A stretch of 64,000 nucleotides of DNA. Source: an uncultured delta proteobacterium (GTDB lineage: Bacteria; Myxococcota; Myxococcia; Myxococcales; Anaeromyxobacteraceae). The stretch spans positions 224,001 through 288,000 of the forward strand of contig CAWFDF010000014.1 of the NCBI GenBank assembly GCA_963814585.1, written 5' to 3'. Each line of letters opens with the position of its first letter. The first letter of the stretch is position 1. Positions 1-11,100 of the stretch are shown here, one piece after another. Position numbers and translations under genes: made by a program. The notes under the pieces are model-generated. The model did not search any database. It worked only from the letters and a program-made list of their open reading frames with translations, and was not told where the DNA came from.

Positions 1-698
1 TCGTGGCGGCCCTGGCCGGGCAGGTGAAGTTCGACGCCGTGGCCTCGGCCGGCGTCTTCGCCGTCCCGCACTTCGTGCTGCCCCGCTTCGACCTCGGGGC
101 CATCATCCTGCTCGCCCCCATCTCGCTGGTGGTGATCACCGAGCACATCGGCCACCTCATCGTCACCAACAACGTGGTGGGACGCGACCTGGTCAAGGAC
201 CCGGGCCTGCACCGCTCGCTGGCCGGCGACGGCGTGGCCACCATGTTCTCCGGCCTGCTGGGCGGCCCGCCCAACACCACCTACGGCGAGAACATCGGCG
301 TCATGGCGGTGACCCGGGTCTTCTCGGTCTGGGTCATCGGGGGCGCGGCCGTCATGGCCATCGCCATGTCCTTCCTCCCCAAGGTGGGCGCCCTCATCGG
401 CTCGATCCCGGTCCACGTCATGGGCGGCATCTGCATCCTGCTCTTCGGGATCATCGCCTCGGCCGGCGTCCGCATGATGGTCGAGGACAAGACCGACTTC
501 TCGCAGAAGCGGAACCTGATCATCGCCTCGGTCATCCTGGTGATCGGCATCGGCGGCGCCAAGATCCACATCGGCGGTACCGAGATCGGCGAGATGTCGC
601 TGGCCACCTACGTGGGCGTGCTGCTCAACCTGATCCTGCCCAGGCACGCCCCGGCCGACGGCACCGCGGTGGTGGCGGCGACGCAGCCGGACGCTTGA
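1..698 (+). CDS. uraA: Uracil/xanthine permease, NCS2 family (5' end outside the window)
   Basis: Hydrophobic protein with NCS2 signature region 'GGPPNTTYGENIGVMAVTRVFS' and 'EHIGH'; adjacent to a UPRTase-like gene. Confidence 0.88.
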   Translation, partial: VAALAGQVKFDAVASAGVFAVPHFVLPRFDLGAIILLAPISLVVITEHIGHLIVTNNVVGRDLVKDPGLHRSLAGDGVATMFSGLLGGPPNTTYGENIGVMAVTRVFSVWVIGGAAVMAIAMSFLPKVGALIGSIPVHVMGGICILLFGIIASAGVRMMVEDKTDFSQKRNLIIASVILVIGIGGAKIHIGGTEIGEMSLATYVGVLLNLILPRHAPADGTAVVAATQPDA

Positions 699-709
699 TC
701 GTGCTGGCG

Positions 710-739
710 CCACCAGAAGCCGTCGCCGTCGCGATCAGA
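710..739 (-). repeat. Short 3'-intergenic motif, copy 1 (CCACCAGAAGCCG...GCCGTCGCGATCAGA)
   Basis: 13-nt and 15-nt blocks recur exactly at 60111-60123 and 60141-60155; both copies overlap a minus-strand TGA stop. Confidence 0.5.
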
Positions 740-1550
740 CGAATGCGTTGTTCATGATCTCCCCGAAGCCGCCGCCGCCGGGGACGATGTACTGGTGGTC
801 GTCGAGGCCGCGCTCCTCGGCCCAGCGGGACCCAGGGACGGTGTCGAGGACGTCGGGGGCGGAGAGGCCCCGGTCGACGCGCAGGGCGTAGACCAGCACG
901 TCCGGGTGGGCGGTGGTCATGGTCTTCAGGTACTCCGGCGTGACGATCAGGTGGATGTTGATGATCCGCCTGGGCGTTCCCGGAACCTTCCTCTTGTAGG
1001 TGTCGATGGCGGTGGCCAGCGAGCCGCCGGTGGCGCCCATGGGGTCGGGGAAGAGCAGGTAGGCGTGGTCGACGTCGCCACCGATCTTCATGCCGCCGAT
1101 GCCGGCGCCGACCACCTGGTCGTGGTCGCCCAGCATGCGGCTCATGATGATGTGGTCCTGCCGGACCAGGATGGGGTCGAGCGTCTCGTTGAGGAGGTCG
1201 TAGGCCACCTGCGACGGCACGGCGCCGGCGCGGGCGATGTTGACCGTGACCACCCGGACCTGCCGATCCACCACCTCCCCCTCGAAGATGGCGCGGGGCG
1301 ACGAGTCGATCATGCGCGTCGGCACCGAGACGCGGCGGCGCGGGAACTCGGCGGCGATGACGGTCCGCACCAGGTCCTCGTAGAGGATCCGGACCAGCCG
1401 GTTGATGTTCGGCTGCACCGTCTCCTTGGCGCACAGGGTGGCGAGGTGGCCGAGCAGGAACGGGTTGGCCAGGATGCGGACGTTGGGGCCGTACCGGTGC
1501 TCGATCTGGCTCGGACGATACGGGCTGGTGACGTAGGCGCAGTCTCGCAT
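735..1550 (-). CDS. upp: Uracil phosphoribosyltransferase-like protein (divergent, 271 aa)
   Basis: PRPP-binding motif 'LLFPDPMGATGGS', 'NIARAG', C-terminal 'YIVPGGGGFGE'. Start placed at ATG 1550 (TATGCT 6 nt upstream) rather than 1652. Confidence 0.75.
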   Translation of the reverse strand: MRDCAYVTSPYRPSQIEHRYGPNVRILANPFLLGHLATLCAKETVQPNINRLVRILYEDLVRTVIAAEFPRRRVSVPTRMIDSSPRAIFEGEVVDRQVRVVTVNIARAGAVPSQVAYDLLNETLDPILVRQDHIIMSRMLGDHDQVVGAGIGGMKIGGDVDHAYLLFPDPMGATGGSLATAIDTYKRKVPGTPRRIINIHLIVTPEYLKTMTTAHPDVLVYALRVDRGLSAPDVLDTVPGSRWAEERGLDDHQYIVPGGGGFGEIMNNAFV

Positions 1551-1794
1551 GGCCGGAGCATACCCCCGGGACGGCCGACCTGGCCCTTCCGGGACGGCCG
1601 ACCTTCCCCGCCACGATCGCTCCGGGTGCCGTACAGTTGGCCCGGACAACAACCCGGGGCCCGCTCACGGGCCCGTGGAGCTTCGGATGACCGAGTCGGC
1701 CCGGCAGGCGCCGGTGGGGGAGCGGGCCACGCCCCCCATGCGGCGGCACGTCCACCCGCTGCCGGCGGCGGTCCTCGGCCTCACCCGCTGGACC

Positions 1795-1973
1795 AGTGCC
1801 GCGCCCCAGGCAAGGTGACGTGACGAGAGAGCCGAGACCGAAGCGAGGCTGGCGCCCGAGGAGGGAGCAGCGGAAGCGTAGCAGCGCTACACTGAGCAGC
1901 GGACCGACGAGGCCGCCTGCCGCAGCGAGAGGATCGGCTCTCGCAGTAGGCATCTTGCCTGGGGCGCGGCACT
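1795..1973 (+). mobile_element. 179-bp MITE-like element, copy 1
   Basis: Terminal inverted repeats AGTGCCGCGCCCCAGGCAAG / CTTGCCTGGGGCGCGGCACT; 177/179 identical to the reverse complement of 59419-59597; no transposase. Confidence 0.85.
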
Positions 1974-1984
1974 AGGAGCGAACC

Positions 1985-2407
1985 ATGGCCAACGACTGCC
2001 CCTTCTGCCTGATCATCGCCGGGAAGATCCCGGCCGCGTCCGTCCACGAGAGCGCCGGCACCATCGCCATCCTCGACATCATGCAGGCCTCGCGCGGCCA
2101 CACGCTGGTGATCCCGAAGCTCCACGCGCCGACGCTGCAGGACCTCCCGGACGAGGCCGCCGCCGAGCTCTTCCGGACCGTGAAGGTGGTCATGGGCAAG
2201 CTCGACCGGGCCCTCTCGCCGCAGGGCTTCAACGTCGGCTGGAACCATGGCCTGGCGGCCGGCCAGCACGTCTTCCACCTCCACGTCCACGTCCTGCCGC
2301 GCTTCGAGCCGGGGGGCGCGGGGGTGCAGGCGCTCGGCATCAGCGATGGCGACGGCGGCGATCGGACGCGCCTGGCGGCGCTGGCCGAGACCATCCGGGG
2401 CGCCTGA
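1985..2407 (+). CDS. HIT family protein
   Basis: N-terminal CPFC, histidine triad 'HLHVH', 'AGQHVFH'; AGGAG RBS. Confidence 0.92.
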   Translation: MANDCPFCLIIAGKIPAASVHESAGTIAILDIMQASRGHTLVIPKLHAPTLQDLPDEAAAELFRTVKVVMGKLDRALSPQGFNVGWNHGLAAGQHVFHLHVHVLPRFEPGGAGVQALGISDGDGGDRTRLAALAETIRGA

Positions 2408-2424
2408 GGCGGGGTGGCCTGGGG

Positions 2425-3597
2425 TCACCGCGCCCGGACGCGGACGCCGTCCGCCACCCGGTCGCCAGGGTGGGACACCACCCGCACCCCTGGCTCCAGG
2501 CCGCTGGCCAGCGCCGCCAGGCCCCCGGAACGACCGGCCACCTCCACCCGGGCGAGCCGGGCCCGTCCGCCTTCCATCAGGAACAGGGCGTCGCCGGCGG
2601 CGGTGCGGAACAGGGCGCTGGCCGGCACCCGGACCGCGTCGGCGTGCTCGCGCACCACCACCGCCACGTCGGCGGCGTAGCCGTCGCCGAGCGCCTCCCA
2701 CCCCGGCCCGCGCGGGTCGAGCAGGACCTTCACGCGCTGCTCCTCGACGCCGAGCGGGGAGACCTTGGTGAAGGCCCCGGGCTCGACCAGCCGGACCCGG
2801 GCCTCCAGCACCGCGCCCTGCCCCCAGCCGGTGAGGCGCGCCACCTGGCCCGGGCGGACCCGGACCGCGTCGGCGGTGGGCAGCTCCACCACCACCTCCA
2901 GGGCCGTGAGGTCACCCACCTCGAGGAGCGGCGTCCCCGCCGCCACCGGGCCACCGCTCTCGCGCGGCACCCGCAGCACCGTCCCACCGCCCGGGGACCG
3001 GACCAGGACCGTGCCTCCTCCCGGACCTCCAGGCTCCAGGGCCGCCCGCGCCGCCGCCACCTCGGCGCCGGCCCGTCGCAGGGCAGCCTCGCCCATCCGC
3101 GTCTCCTCGGCGCGGGCCCGGGCCGCCGCCTCCGCCGACTCCACCTCCGCCGCCGCGATCAATCCCTCCCGGGCCACCTCCCGGGCGCGCGCCAGGTCGC
3201 GCTCCGCCTGGCCCGCCGCCACCCGGGCCCGCGACAGCGCCGCCGCCGACTCGGCCTCGGCCCCCTGCGCTGCCGCCAGCCGAGCCGTCGCCTCGCTCCG
3301 GGTCCGCGGATCGAGCGGCGGTGCGGCCGGCGCCGCCACCCGGGCCACCACCTGCCCGGCCCGCACCTGGTCTCCGGGGTGGACGGTCACGCGCAGCAGC
3401 TCGCCGGCCACGGGCGCGGCCACCTCGAGCCGCTCGCGCACCCGCGTGGTGCCGGTCCCCTCCACCACCTCGGAGAGCGGTCCGCGGTCAGACACCGCCG
3501 TCTCCACCTCCACCGGGGCCGGACGCAGCGCCAGCGCGGCCAGGAGGGCGACGACGATGACGATGGCGGCGATGACGAGGCGGCGGATCATGGTCAC
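2425..3597 (-). CDS. Efflux periplasmic adaptor subunit (HlyD/MFP family)
   Basis: N-terminal TM, lipoyl-like halves, coiled coil, 'FTKVSPLGVEEQRV' motif; overlaps permease stop. Start could be ATG 3591. Confidence 0.88.
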   Translation of the reverse strand: MTMIRRLVIAAIVIVVALLAALALRPAPVEVETAVSDRGPLSEVVEGTGTTRVRERLEVAAPVAGELLRVTVHPGDQVRAGQVVARVAAPAAPPLDPRTRSEATARLAAAQGAEAESAAALSRARVAAGQAERDLARAREVAREGLIAAAEVESAEAAARARAEETRMGEAALRRAGAEVAAARAALEPGGPGGGTVLVRSPGGGTVLRVPRESGGPVAAGTPLLEVGDLTALEVVVELPTADAVRVRPGQVARLTGWGQGAVLEARVRLVEPGAFTKVSPLGVEEQRVKVLLDPRGPGWEALGDGYAADVAVVVREHADAVRVPASALFRTAAGDALFLMEGGRARLARVEVAGRSGGLAALASGLEPGVRVVSHPGDRVADGVRVRAR

Positions 3598-5940
3598 TCT
3601 CCTGGGGCCAGGGCGCGGGGCAGGTCGAGGCGGGCCAGCCAGCGGCGGGCGAGCAGCGAGGTGGCCAGCGCGGTCGACAGGATCACGCCGGCGGCGAAGA
3701 CCCAGGTGGAGTGCTCCACCACCACCGGGAGCCGGAACAGGTCGGAGGAGAAGGTCACCGCCGAGAGGACCGCCAGGCCAAGCCCGCCCAGGGCGCCGAG
3801 CGGCAGCGCGACCACCACCTGCGCCGCGACCTCACCGAGCAGCACCCGCCAGGTCTCGCCGCGGGTGAAGCCGATGACCCGCAGGGTGGCCAGCTCCCGC
3901 TCCCGCTCGGCGTAGCTGGTCCGGATGGCGCTGTAGACCACGCCGCCGGCGATGGCCGAGGCGAAGAGGACCAGCACGGCGGCGTAGCCGGTGATGACGT
4001 CGCCGAACGAGGTGCGGAAGCTCTCCACGGCGTCGGCCCGCCAGGAGGCGGCCACCACCAGCGGGCGGGCCGCCAGGGCCCGCGCCACCGCCGGCCTGGC
4101 CTGGGGATCGACGGCGAGGTTGGCGCCGGCCACCAGCCCGGTGTCGCCGGCCAGGCGGGCCAGCGTGGCCAGCGAGCAGGTGGCGGTGAGCCCGAGCATG
4201 TCGTCCACGGTCCCCGCCACGCGCAGCGCCCCGCGACGACGCAGGCCGTCGAGCAGCTCCACCTGCACCTCGTCGCCGGCCCGAACCTCGAGGAGGTCGG
4301 CCAGCCGCCGGGAGAGCAGCACCCCGTGCTCGGGGACGGCGGTAGGCCGCCCGTCGGCGGCGACGACCCGGAGCAGCTCGCCACCCGGAGGCGTCCCGGT
4401 GAGCGCCAGCGTCTGCCGGCGCGAGCCGTGACGCAGGACGGCCGGGGCGCCTCGCCAGGGCTCGGTGGCGGTGACGCCCGGCAGCCGGGCCAGCTCGGCC
4501 ACCGCACCCGGGACCACCGGGCGCGCGAAGGCCACGGTGGCGTCGGCGCGCAGCGCCCGCTCAAAGGTGACGTGCATCATCAGGTCGATGGCGTCGTCGA
4601 AGTAGGCGCCGGTGACCAGGACGGCGGTGGCGGCGGCCAGGCCGAAGGTGCCGAGCACGGCCCGCACCGGGCGGCGCTCCAGGTTGCGCAGGGCCATGCG
4701 GCCGGCCGGCGAGATGGCCCGGCCCAGGCCGGCCCTCTCCAGCAGCGTCCGGCGGAAGTGGCCGGGAGCGGGCGGGCGCATGGCCTCGGCGGGCGGCAGC
4801 CGTACCACCTGCTGGACCGCCCCGGCGGCACCGAGGAGTGCCGCGCCCAGCGCGAGGCCGGCGCCCCTCAACACCGAGCCGGCGTCGGTGGCGTAGGCCA
4901 GGACCGGGAAGCGGTAGAAGTCGGCGTAGGTGCGGGCCATGGAGCGGCCGAAGAGGTCGCCCAGCCCCACCCCCACCACCACCCCGGCCCCGGTCACGAC
5001 CAGCGCGAAGGCCGCGTAGTGGAGCGCCAGCGTCCGGTTGCTGTAGCCCAGCGCCTTGAGCGTGCCGATCTGGAGCCGCTGGGCCTGGACCAGCCGGGAC
5101 AGGGTCACCGAGACCAGGAAGGCGGCCACCCCGAGGAAGATGGCGGGCAGCACGGTGGCCATGGCGTCGAGCTGCCGGATCTCGTCGGTGAGGAAGCGGT
5201 GGGAGACCAGCCGGTCGCGCGCCTGGGCGCCCAGCGCCCCGTACCGCCCCAGCACGCGGTCCAGCCCGTCGACGGCGTCCCCGGGCGAGGCCCCCGGGGC
5301 GAGCCGCACCGAGACCGAGTTGAACGCCCCTTGCAGGTCGAGCGCGGCCGCCAGCTCGGCGCGTGGCAGCCAGAGGACGCCGTAGGCGCGGTCGTCGGGG
5401 AAGAGGCTGCCCGGCGCCATGGCGTAGATGAACTCAGGCGAGAGGGCCAGCCCGGAGATGGTCACCGGCTCGCGGCGACCGTTCACGGTGAGCGTGAGGC
5501 GGTCGCCGGGCACCAGCCGGTTGGCCTCGGCGAAGGCCTCGGAGACGGCCACCTCGCCGGGGCCGGGCAGCCGCCCGGACCGCAGGTGGAGCCGGTTGAG
5601 CCGGCCCCCACCCGGTCCCAGCGAGAGCAGCCGGGCCCGCGCCGTGCCGCGGACGTGCTCCACCCGGGCGTCCCCCACCACCCGCGTCTCGACCTCGGCC
5701 ACGCCGGGCAGCGCCGCCAGCCGCGAGGCCACCAGCTCGGGCGCCCGCACCGCCTCGGCGAAGACGTCGGCCAGCGCCTCGGCCACGTAGTAGTCGTCGC
5801 GGCTGGCCAGCAGCGTCCCCTGGGTGGCCGTGGCCGAGACCGAGGCAGCCACCGAGCAGGCCACCACCACCGCCACCGCCACCGCCTGGCCGCGGGCGTG
5901 CCAGGAGATCGCGCCGCAGCTTGGTGCCGAGGGCGCTCAC
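3594..5940 (-). CDS. ABC transporter permease, duplicated FtsX/MacB type (apparent +1 frameshift near 5904)
   Basis: Two FtsX-like halves ('[11 protein letters not shown]', '[11 protein letters not shown]'). GTG 5940 overlaps the ATPase stop and reads [12 protein letters not shown]; removing one base joins it to [16 protein letters not shown]. Confidence 0.85.
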
Positions 5941-6653
5941 CAGGAGACCTCCTCCGGCGAGGCCCGCCGGGCGTTGCTGGTCACCTGGGCAATGCGGCCG
6001 TCGAGGAAGCGGATGACCCGGTCGGCCATGGCGGCGATGCCGGCGTTGTGGGTGATGAGGACGGTGGTGGTGCCGAGCCCGGTGTTGACGCCCAGCAGCG
6101 CCGCCAGCACCTTGCGGCCGGTGGCGGCGTCGAGGGCGCCGGTGGGCTCGTCGCAGAGCAGGATGTCGGGCCGCTTGACCACGGCGCGGGCGATGGCCAC
6201 CCGCTGCTGCTCGCCACCCGACATCTGCGATGGGAAGTGGTCGAGCCGGCCCGAGAGCTCCACCAGCGCCAGGGCCTCCTCCGGCCTCATGGGGTCCCTG
6301 GCGATCTCGGCGGCCAGCGCCACGTTCTCGCGTGCGGTGAGGCTGGGGACCAGGTTGTAGAACTGGAAGACGAAGCCGACGTGGTCGCGGCGGTACTCGG
6401 TGAGCAGGGCGTCGTCGGCGACGGCCAGATCGTGGTCGCGCCAGCGGACCTGGCCGGCGCTGGGGGCGTCGAGACCGCCCAGCAGGTTGAGGAGCGTCGA
6501 CTTCCCGGAGCCCGACGGCCCGAGCACGACCACCAGCTCCCCCTGGAAGAGGTCGAGATCCACGCCGCGCAGCGCCGGAACGTCCACCTCGCCCATCCGG
6601 TAGACCTTGGTGACGCCGCGCGCCTCGAAGACCGGCGCCCGCGTATCGCCCAC
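5937..6653 (-). CDS. ABC transporter ATP-binding protein (LolD/MacB type)
   Basis: Walker [10 protein letters not shown], signature MSGGEQQRV, Walker B LLCDEPT. Confidence 0.95.
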   Translation of the reverse strand: MGDTRAPVFEARGVTKVYRMGEVDVPALRGVDLDLFQGELVVVLGPSGSGKSTLLNLLGGLDAPSAGQVRWRDHDLAVADDALLTEYRRDHVGFVFQFYNLVPSLTARENVALAAEIARDPMRPEEALALVELSGRLDHFPSQMSGGEQQRVAIARAVVKRPDILLCDEPTGALDAATGRKVLAALLGVNTGLGTTTVLITHNAGIAAMADRVIRFLDGRIAQVTSNARRASPEEVSW

Positions 6654-6825
6654 GGCACCCCCTCGCGGACCAGGCGATCGAGCGCCCGCCTGATCCGTCA
6701 GCTGAGCCTACTCCCCGACGGTCCCGCGCCGCCGCGCCATCGCGCCACACCCCGGCTTGTCCTGGCCGCCTTGGCCGGAGCGGATGAGCCGGCCGGCCGA
6801 GGCCTGATCTGGTAAGACCGACGCC

Positions 6826-8094
6826 ATGTTGGCCCCGCTCCTCGCGCTCGCCCTGGCGGCCACCTCCCGCATCGCCGTCCTCCCGGTCCCCGCCGGTGAG
6901 GGGGTCCCGGCCGGCACGGCCGCGGCCATCGCCGAGGCGGTGGCCGGCGAGATCCGGCGGAACGCCGGCTTCGAGGTGATCACGCACCGGGAGATCTCGG
7001 CCATCCTGACGCTGGAGCGGCAGCAGGAGATGCTGGGCTGCCAGACCAGCACCTGCATGGCCGAGCTGGGCGGCGCCCTCGGCTGTGACCGGCTGGTGGT
7101 GGGTGACCTGGCCCGGCTCGGCGAGAGCTGGCTCTTCAGCCTCAGGTTGGTGGAGGTCGGCAAGGCCCGGGTCGCGGCTCGCGCCGACCGGCGGCTGCGC
7201 GGCGGCACCATCGACGACGTCCTCGACCAGCTGCCGGCCATGGTGAGCGAGCTCCTGGCCCGGGCCGCCAAGGCCACCCCGGCGCGCCGGCCCGCGGTCT
7301 CCCCTCCCCCGGCGCGAACCCCCGACCTCGGGCTTGCCACCACGGCGGCCCCGGTTCCCTGGGTCGAGGAGCACGTCGAGGTGGACGCCGGGGTCCGCTC
7401 GCGCCTGGTGGGCTACGCCGACGAGGCCGGCCGCCTCATCGTCACCGTCCCCTTCTCCGGGATGGAGGCGCCGTTCTTCTGGGGCGACGGCAACCGCCTC
7501 TTCCAGCTGCGCCTGCTGGGCGGCGGCCAGGAGGGGAAGGTGGGCTTCGACCGGACCTTCTGGGACCCGCGAGCCCGCCTCCCCGCCGAGGCCAGCCTGG
7601 AGGTCCGCGACGGACGGGCCCGGCTCACCTGCGGCGAGCGTTCCATCCCCCTGCGGACCATCCCGTCGAAGGAGCTGGCCCCGCTGATCAAGGGCAGCCG
7701 CTTCCTGGCTCCGCGCTGGCGCCGGATCCCGCTGGCGCTGGCTCGCGACGACGGCGGGACCTACTACTACGTCGACGGAGCGCGCGGCGCCGACGGGGCG
7801 GCGGTGCCCGCCAGGCCGGGCTACCAGCTCTACGTGGGGCGCAAGGGGAAGCTGGCCCGGCTGGAGCTGGCGGAGACGCTCACCGACGTCGGCGGCCAGC
7901 TCTTCATCAGCCCGGCCGGCCGCCTGCAGGTGAAGCGGAGCGGGACCGGGACGGTGGAGGCGGCCTGGCTGGTCGGCAAGGCGCGCACGCCGCTCACCTG
8001 GCTGGAGCCCTCCGACCACGGCCGGCTCATCCACTCCGAGCTGGGCGTCTACGGCGAGCAGCCCTTCGGGACGCCGTGCGACGGAAGGTTGTAG
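6826..8094 (+). CDS. Secreted hypothetical protein
   Basis: Signal-peptide-like N terminus, then an alpha/beta segment 'RIAVLPV...LGCQTSTCMAELGGALG' resembling a domain common in myxobacterial exported proteins, a Pro/Ala linker and a C-terminal domain. Confidence 0.7.
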   Translation: MLAPLLALALAATSRIAVLPVPAGEGVPAGTAAAIAEAVAGEIRRNAGFEVITHREISAILTLERQQEMLGCQTSTCMAELGGALGCDRLVVGDLARLGESWLFSLRLVEVGKARVAARADRRLRGGTIDDVLDQLPAMVSELLARAAKATPARRPAVSPPPARTPDLGLATTAAPVPWVEEHVEVDAGVRSRLVGYADEAGRLIVTVPFSGMEAPFFWGDGNRLFQLRLLGGGQEGKVGFDRTFWDPRARLPAEASLEVRDGRARLTCGERSIPLRTIPSKELAPLIKGSRFLAPRWRRIPLALARDDGGTYYYVDGARGADGAAVPARPGYQLYVGRKGKLARLELAETLTDVGGQLFISPAGRLQVKRSGTGTVEAAWLVGKARTPLTWLEPSDHGRLIHSELGVYGEQPFGTPCDGRL

Positions 8095-8121
8095 GTCGGG
8101 CCGGCCACCTCCCGGGCCCGG

Positions 8122-11100
8122 TCACTTCTTGCAGTTCTGCCCGACGTGGCACAGGTTGCAGGTGGCGGGATTGGTCATCCTCGACCTGGTGTGCGGGAAG
8201 TACCAGGCCTTGGTGTAGGCCGTTCCCGAGGTCGCCGCGGCGATCCCGGTGGGCGGCACGTGGCACTGCCCGCACTGGACCGGGTAGAAGTGCCTGGCCA
8301 CGGTCAGGTTGCACGAGTCGCCGCCCGGACCGCCCTTGTGGGCCACGAGGCTGGTGAGCGTGAAGGGGCGGGTGTTGCCGGCGCCCGAGGCCTGCGCCGT
8401 CGCGCCGTTCCAGACCGTCCCCACCAGGTTGCTCCCGGCCTCGTGGCAGGCCGTGCAGGCCGAGTTGATGAGGGCCGAGGCGTGGTCGTAGCCCCTGGCC
8501 TGCCTCCCACCCACGCCCCCGGCATGGCAGGTGGCGCAGGTGGTGCCGCTGCCCAGGGCGGGATGTGGCAGGTTGGCGATGCCGGCCTGCATGGTGGCGG
8601 TGGTGGCCGGGGGCAGCGGGATGGCGAAGCCGCCCACGGCGATGAAGGGCGGGAAGTTGCTGGCGCCCAGCCAGTTGGGCGCGCTGGCCGTGCCCGTGCC
8701 CGGCCAGGAGTGGCAGGCGCTGCAGTCCTGCGTGCCCGCCGCGCTGGTGAAGGGCCCGTGATCCTGGGCGGTGTAGCCGGCGCCCGGCTTCACGTTCATG
8801 TGGCAGTTGCTGCAGCGCCCGGTGGTGCCGTCGAGCAGGAGCGGCGTGGCCGCGGTGAAGCTGGCGTGGAAGCGGGCCTGGGCCCACTCGGCCCCCTGGA
8901 TCCCGGCCACGGTGGAGCGGCCGGCCTGCGTGTGGCAGAAGCCGCAGTCATGGCCGGTGACGTTGGCGTCGGCATGGGTGATCTGGTCGCGGGTGCCGGC
9001 CGGGACGCCGGTGAGCGCGTTGGCCGAGGCGGTGGTCAGCGTGAGCGTGCTGGTGAGCCCGGCCGGCAGGTTGTTGTTGGTGCCCGCCACCGTCCCTCCG
9101 CCGTTGGCGAGCCCGTGGCAGGTCTGGCAGGTCCCCGGCTTGGCCACGGCCGGGTGGAACTGCGTGGCCTTGCTCCAGGCGCTGCCGGAGCTCCTGGCGT
9201 CGGCGCCGTGGCAGGTGCTGCAGTCGACGCCGGCGACGGGCGCGGCGCCGTGGTTCATCCACTGACCGGCGTTGCTGCCGGTGCCCCCGGCGGTCAGCGG
9301 GTAGGTCCAGCTGCTCTGGGTGGACCTGCTGGGCGCGGGCTCCGAGACGGCGTGGCAGTCGAGGCAGGCGGTGGGCTGCGACGCCACGCTGGCGTGGTAG
9401 TCGCCGGTCCTCCAGGCGGTGGCCAGGTACGGCGTCGCGGTGCTCCCGGCCAGGGCGGCGGCGTGACAGGTGGCGCAGGCCTGGGAGTTGAGCTGGCGGG
9501 ACCGGTGGGACATGGCGTAGCGCGTGCCGCTGGTGAGGTCGGCTCGCGCGCCGTCGGCCATCAGCGGGTAGTGGCAGACCACGCAGTCGGCAGGGCTGGC
9601 CGACCCGATCCGGGCGTGGAAGACCCCGTCACGCCAGGTGGTGCCGGGGCTCCGATGGCAGGTCGAGCAGTCGAGGCCGGCGACGCCGCTCACGGCCTGC
9701 CCGTCGATGGTGACGGTCCCGGTGAAGAGGGCGGCGTGGTCCATGGGCTGCAGGTTGGAGCCGGCCGGCTCGACGATCCCGGCCGGTCGCATCTGGGCGT
9801 GGCAGTCGGCGCAGCCCGAGGTCGGCTGCGGCAGCGGCGTCACCGCCCCGCCGACCGATGCGGTGTACCCGCTGAGCGCCGCGTGGAACCGCCCGTCGGC
9901 GAAGGTGGTGACCGCGCCGGCCGGGTCATGGGTGTGGCAGTGCCGGCAGCTGGCCTGGTCCGGCGCGCCAGCCGGGCCCGGGCTCACCTCCACCGGGACC
10001 CGCGCCGAGGTGTGGAGCATGGCGTTGTAGAGGGTGTCCTGGACGGAGGTCATGCCGGTGACCAGGCCGCCGGCCGCGGCGCGGACCAGCGAGATCTCGG
10101 TGACGGTCACGAACTGGAGGGGGGCGCTGACCAGGGTGGCGCCGGGGTAGGCCGCGCCGCCCTTCCAGTCGCCGCCGGGGAAGGCCCCTCCAGGACCGAA
10201 GTAGCTGGCGTAGGACCCGGCGGCCACGGTGGCCTGGTGGCAGCCGATGCAGTCGCCCGGCTGCACCGAGTGGTCGAACTGGCCGGGGAGCAGCGAGGCG
10301 ACGTGGGCGGCCCCACCGGCCACGGCCAGGTCGGGCCGCTGCGACATGTGGCAGGCGATGCAGGTGGCGCTGGCGACCGTGGCCGGCCCGTGCGTGAACG
10401 CGCCGCCGACGAAGGACTGGCGGCCTCCCCAGGTCCCACCGGCGCCGGGGCCGGCGTGGCAGGTGGCGCAGTCCTGCCCATCACCGTGGGTGATGCCAGC
10501 GGAGTTGGTGCCGTAGTCGAAGGGGGCGGTGACATAGCTGGTGCTGGTCCAGCCGGCGGTCGAGGTCGGCCGCTGGCCGTCGTGGCAGGGCAGGCAGGTG
10601 GCGGGGTCGCTGCTGCCAGCCCGGTGGAAGCGCCCACCGGACCAGGCGGGGCTGGAGGCGTCGTGGCAGGCGGCGCAGTCGCCGCTCGCCTCCGCGCTGC
10701 CATGGTCGAAGGTCAGCCCGGCCTGGAGGGCTGCCGTCGCCGCGCTCAGGATGCCAGCCGGCCGGCTGTTGGCGTGGCAGTCGAGGCACGAGCCCGGCTG
10801 GGACAGGGTGGCCGCCGTGAGCGAGGCGTGGTACCGGGCCGGGGAGGTCCCGGCCCTGCCGGTGGCCCAGGTCGCGGCCAGGTTCTCGGTGGGACTGAGG
10901 TGACAGGCGCCGCAGTCGGCCGTGACCAGGCGGGCGGTGGTGGGAGCGCCGCCGGCCGACCAGGCCACGGCATCGTGCTTCATCCCGCCGGAGGGCGGCG
11001 TGCGCGGCGGTGTGTCGGTGACCGGGCCGACCAGCCCGGCGGGGGCTGACCCGGCGTGGCAGCCGCCGCAGGTGAGCGGCGCCGGCTGCGCCAGGTTGGC

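Noticed and set aside
1687..1818. 43-aa ORF ending inside MITE copy 1
   Set aside because: Has a GGAG upstream, but no motif and its stop comes from the element; insufficient support
3711..6815. 1034-aa plus-strand ORF, and similar long ORFs (8146-11049, 19298-21295, 37868-40654, 39256-41874, 59782-61989)
   Set aside because: Antisense shadows of well-supported genes; stop-poor frames are expected at this GC content and they have no recognisable motifs
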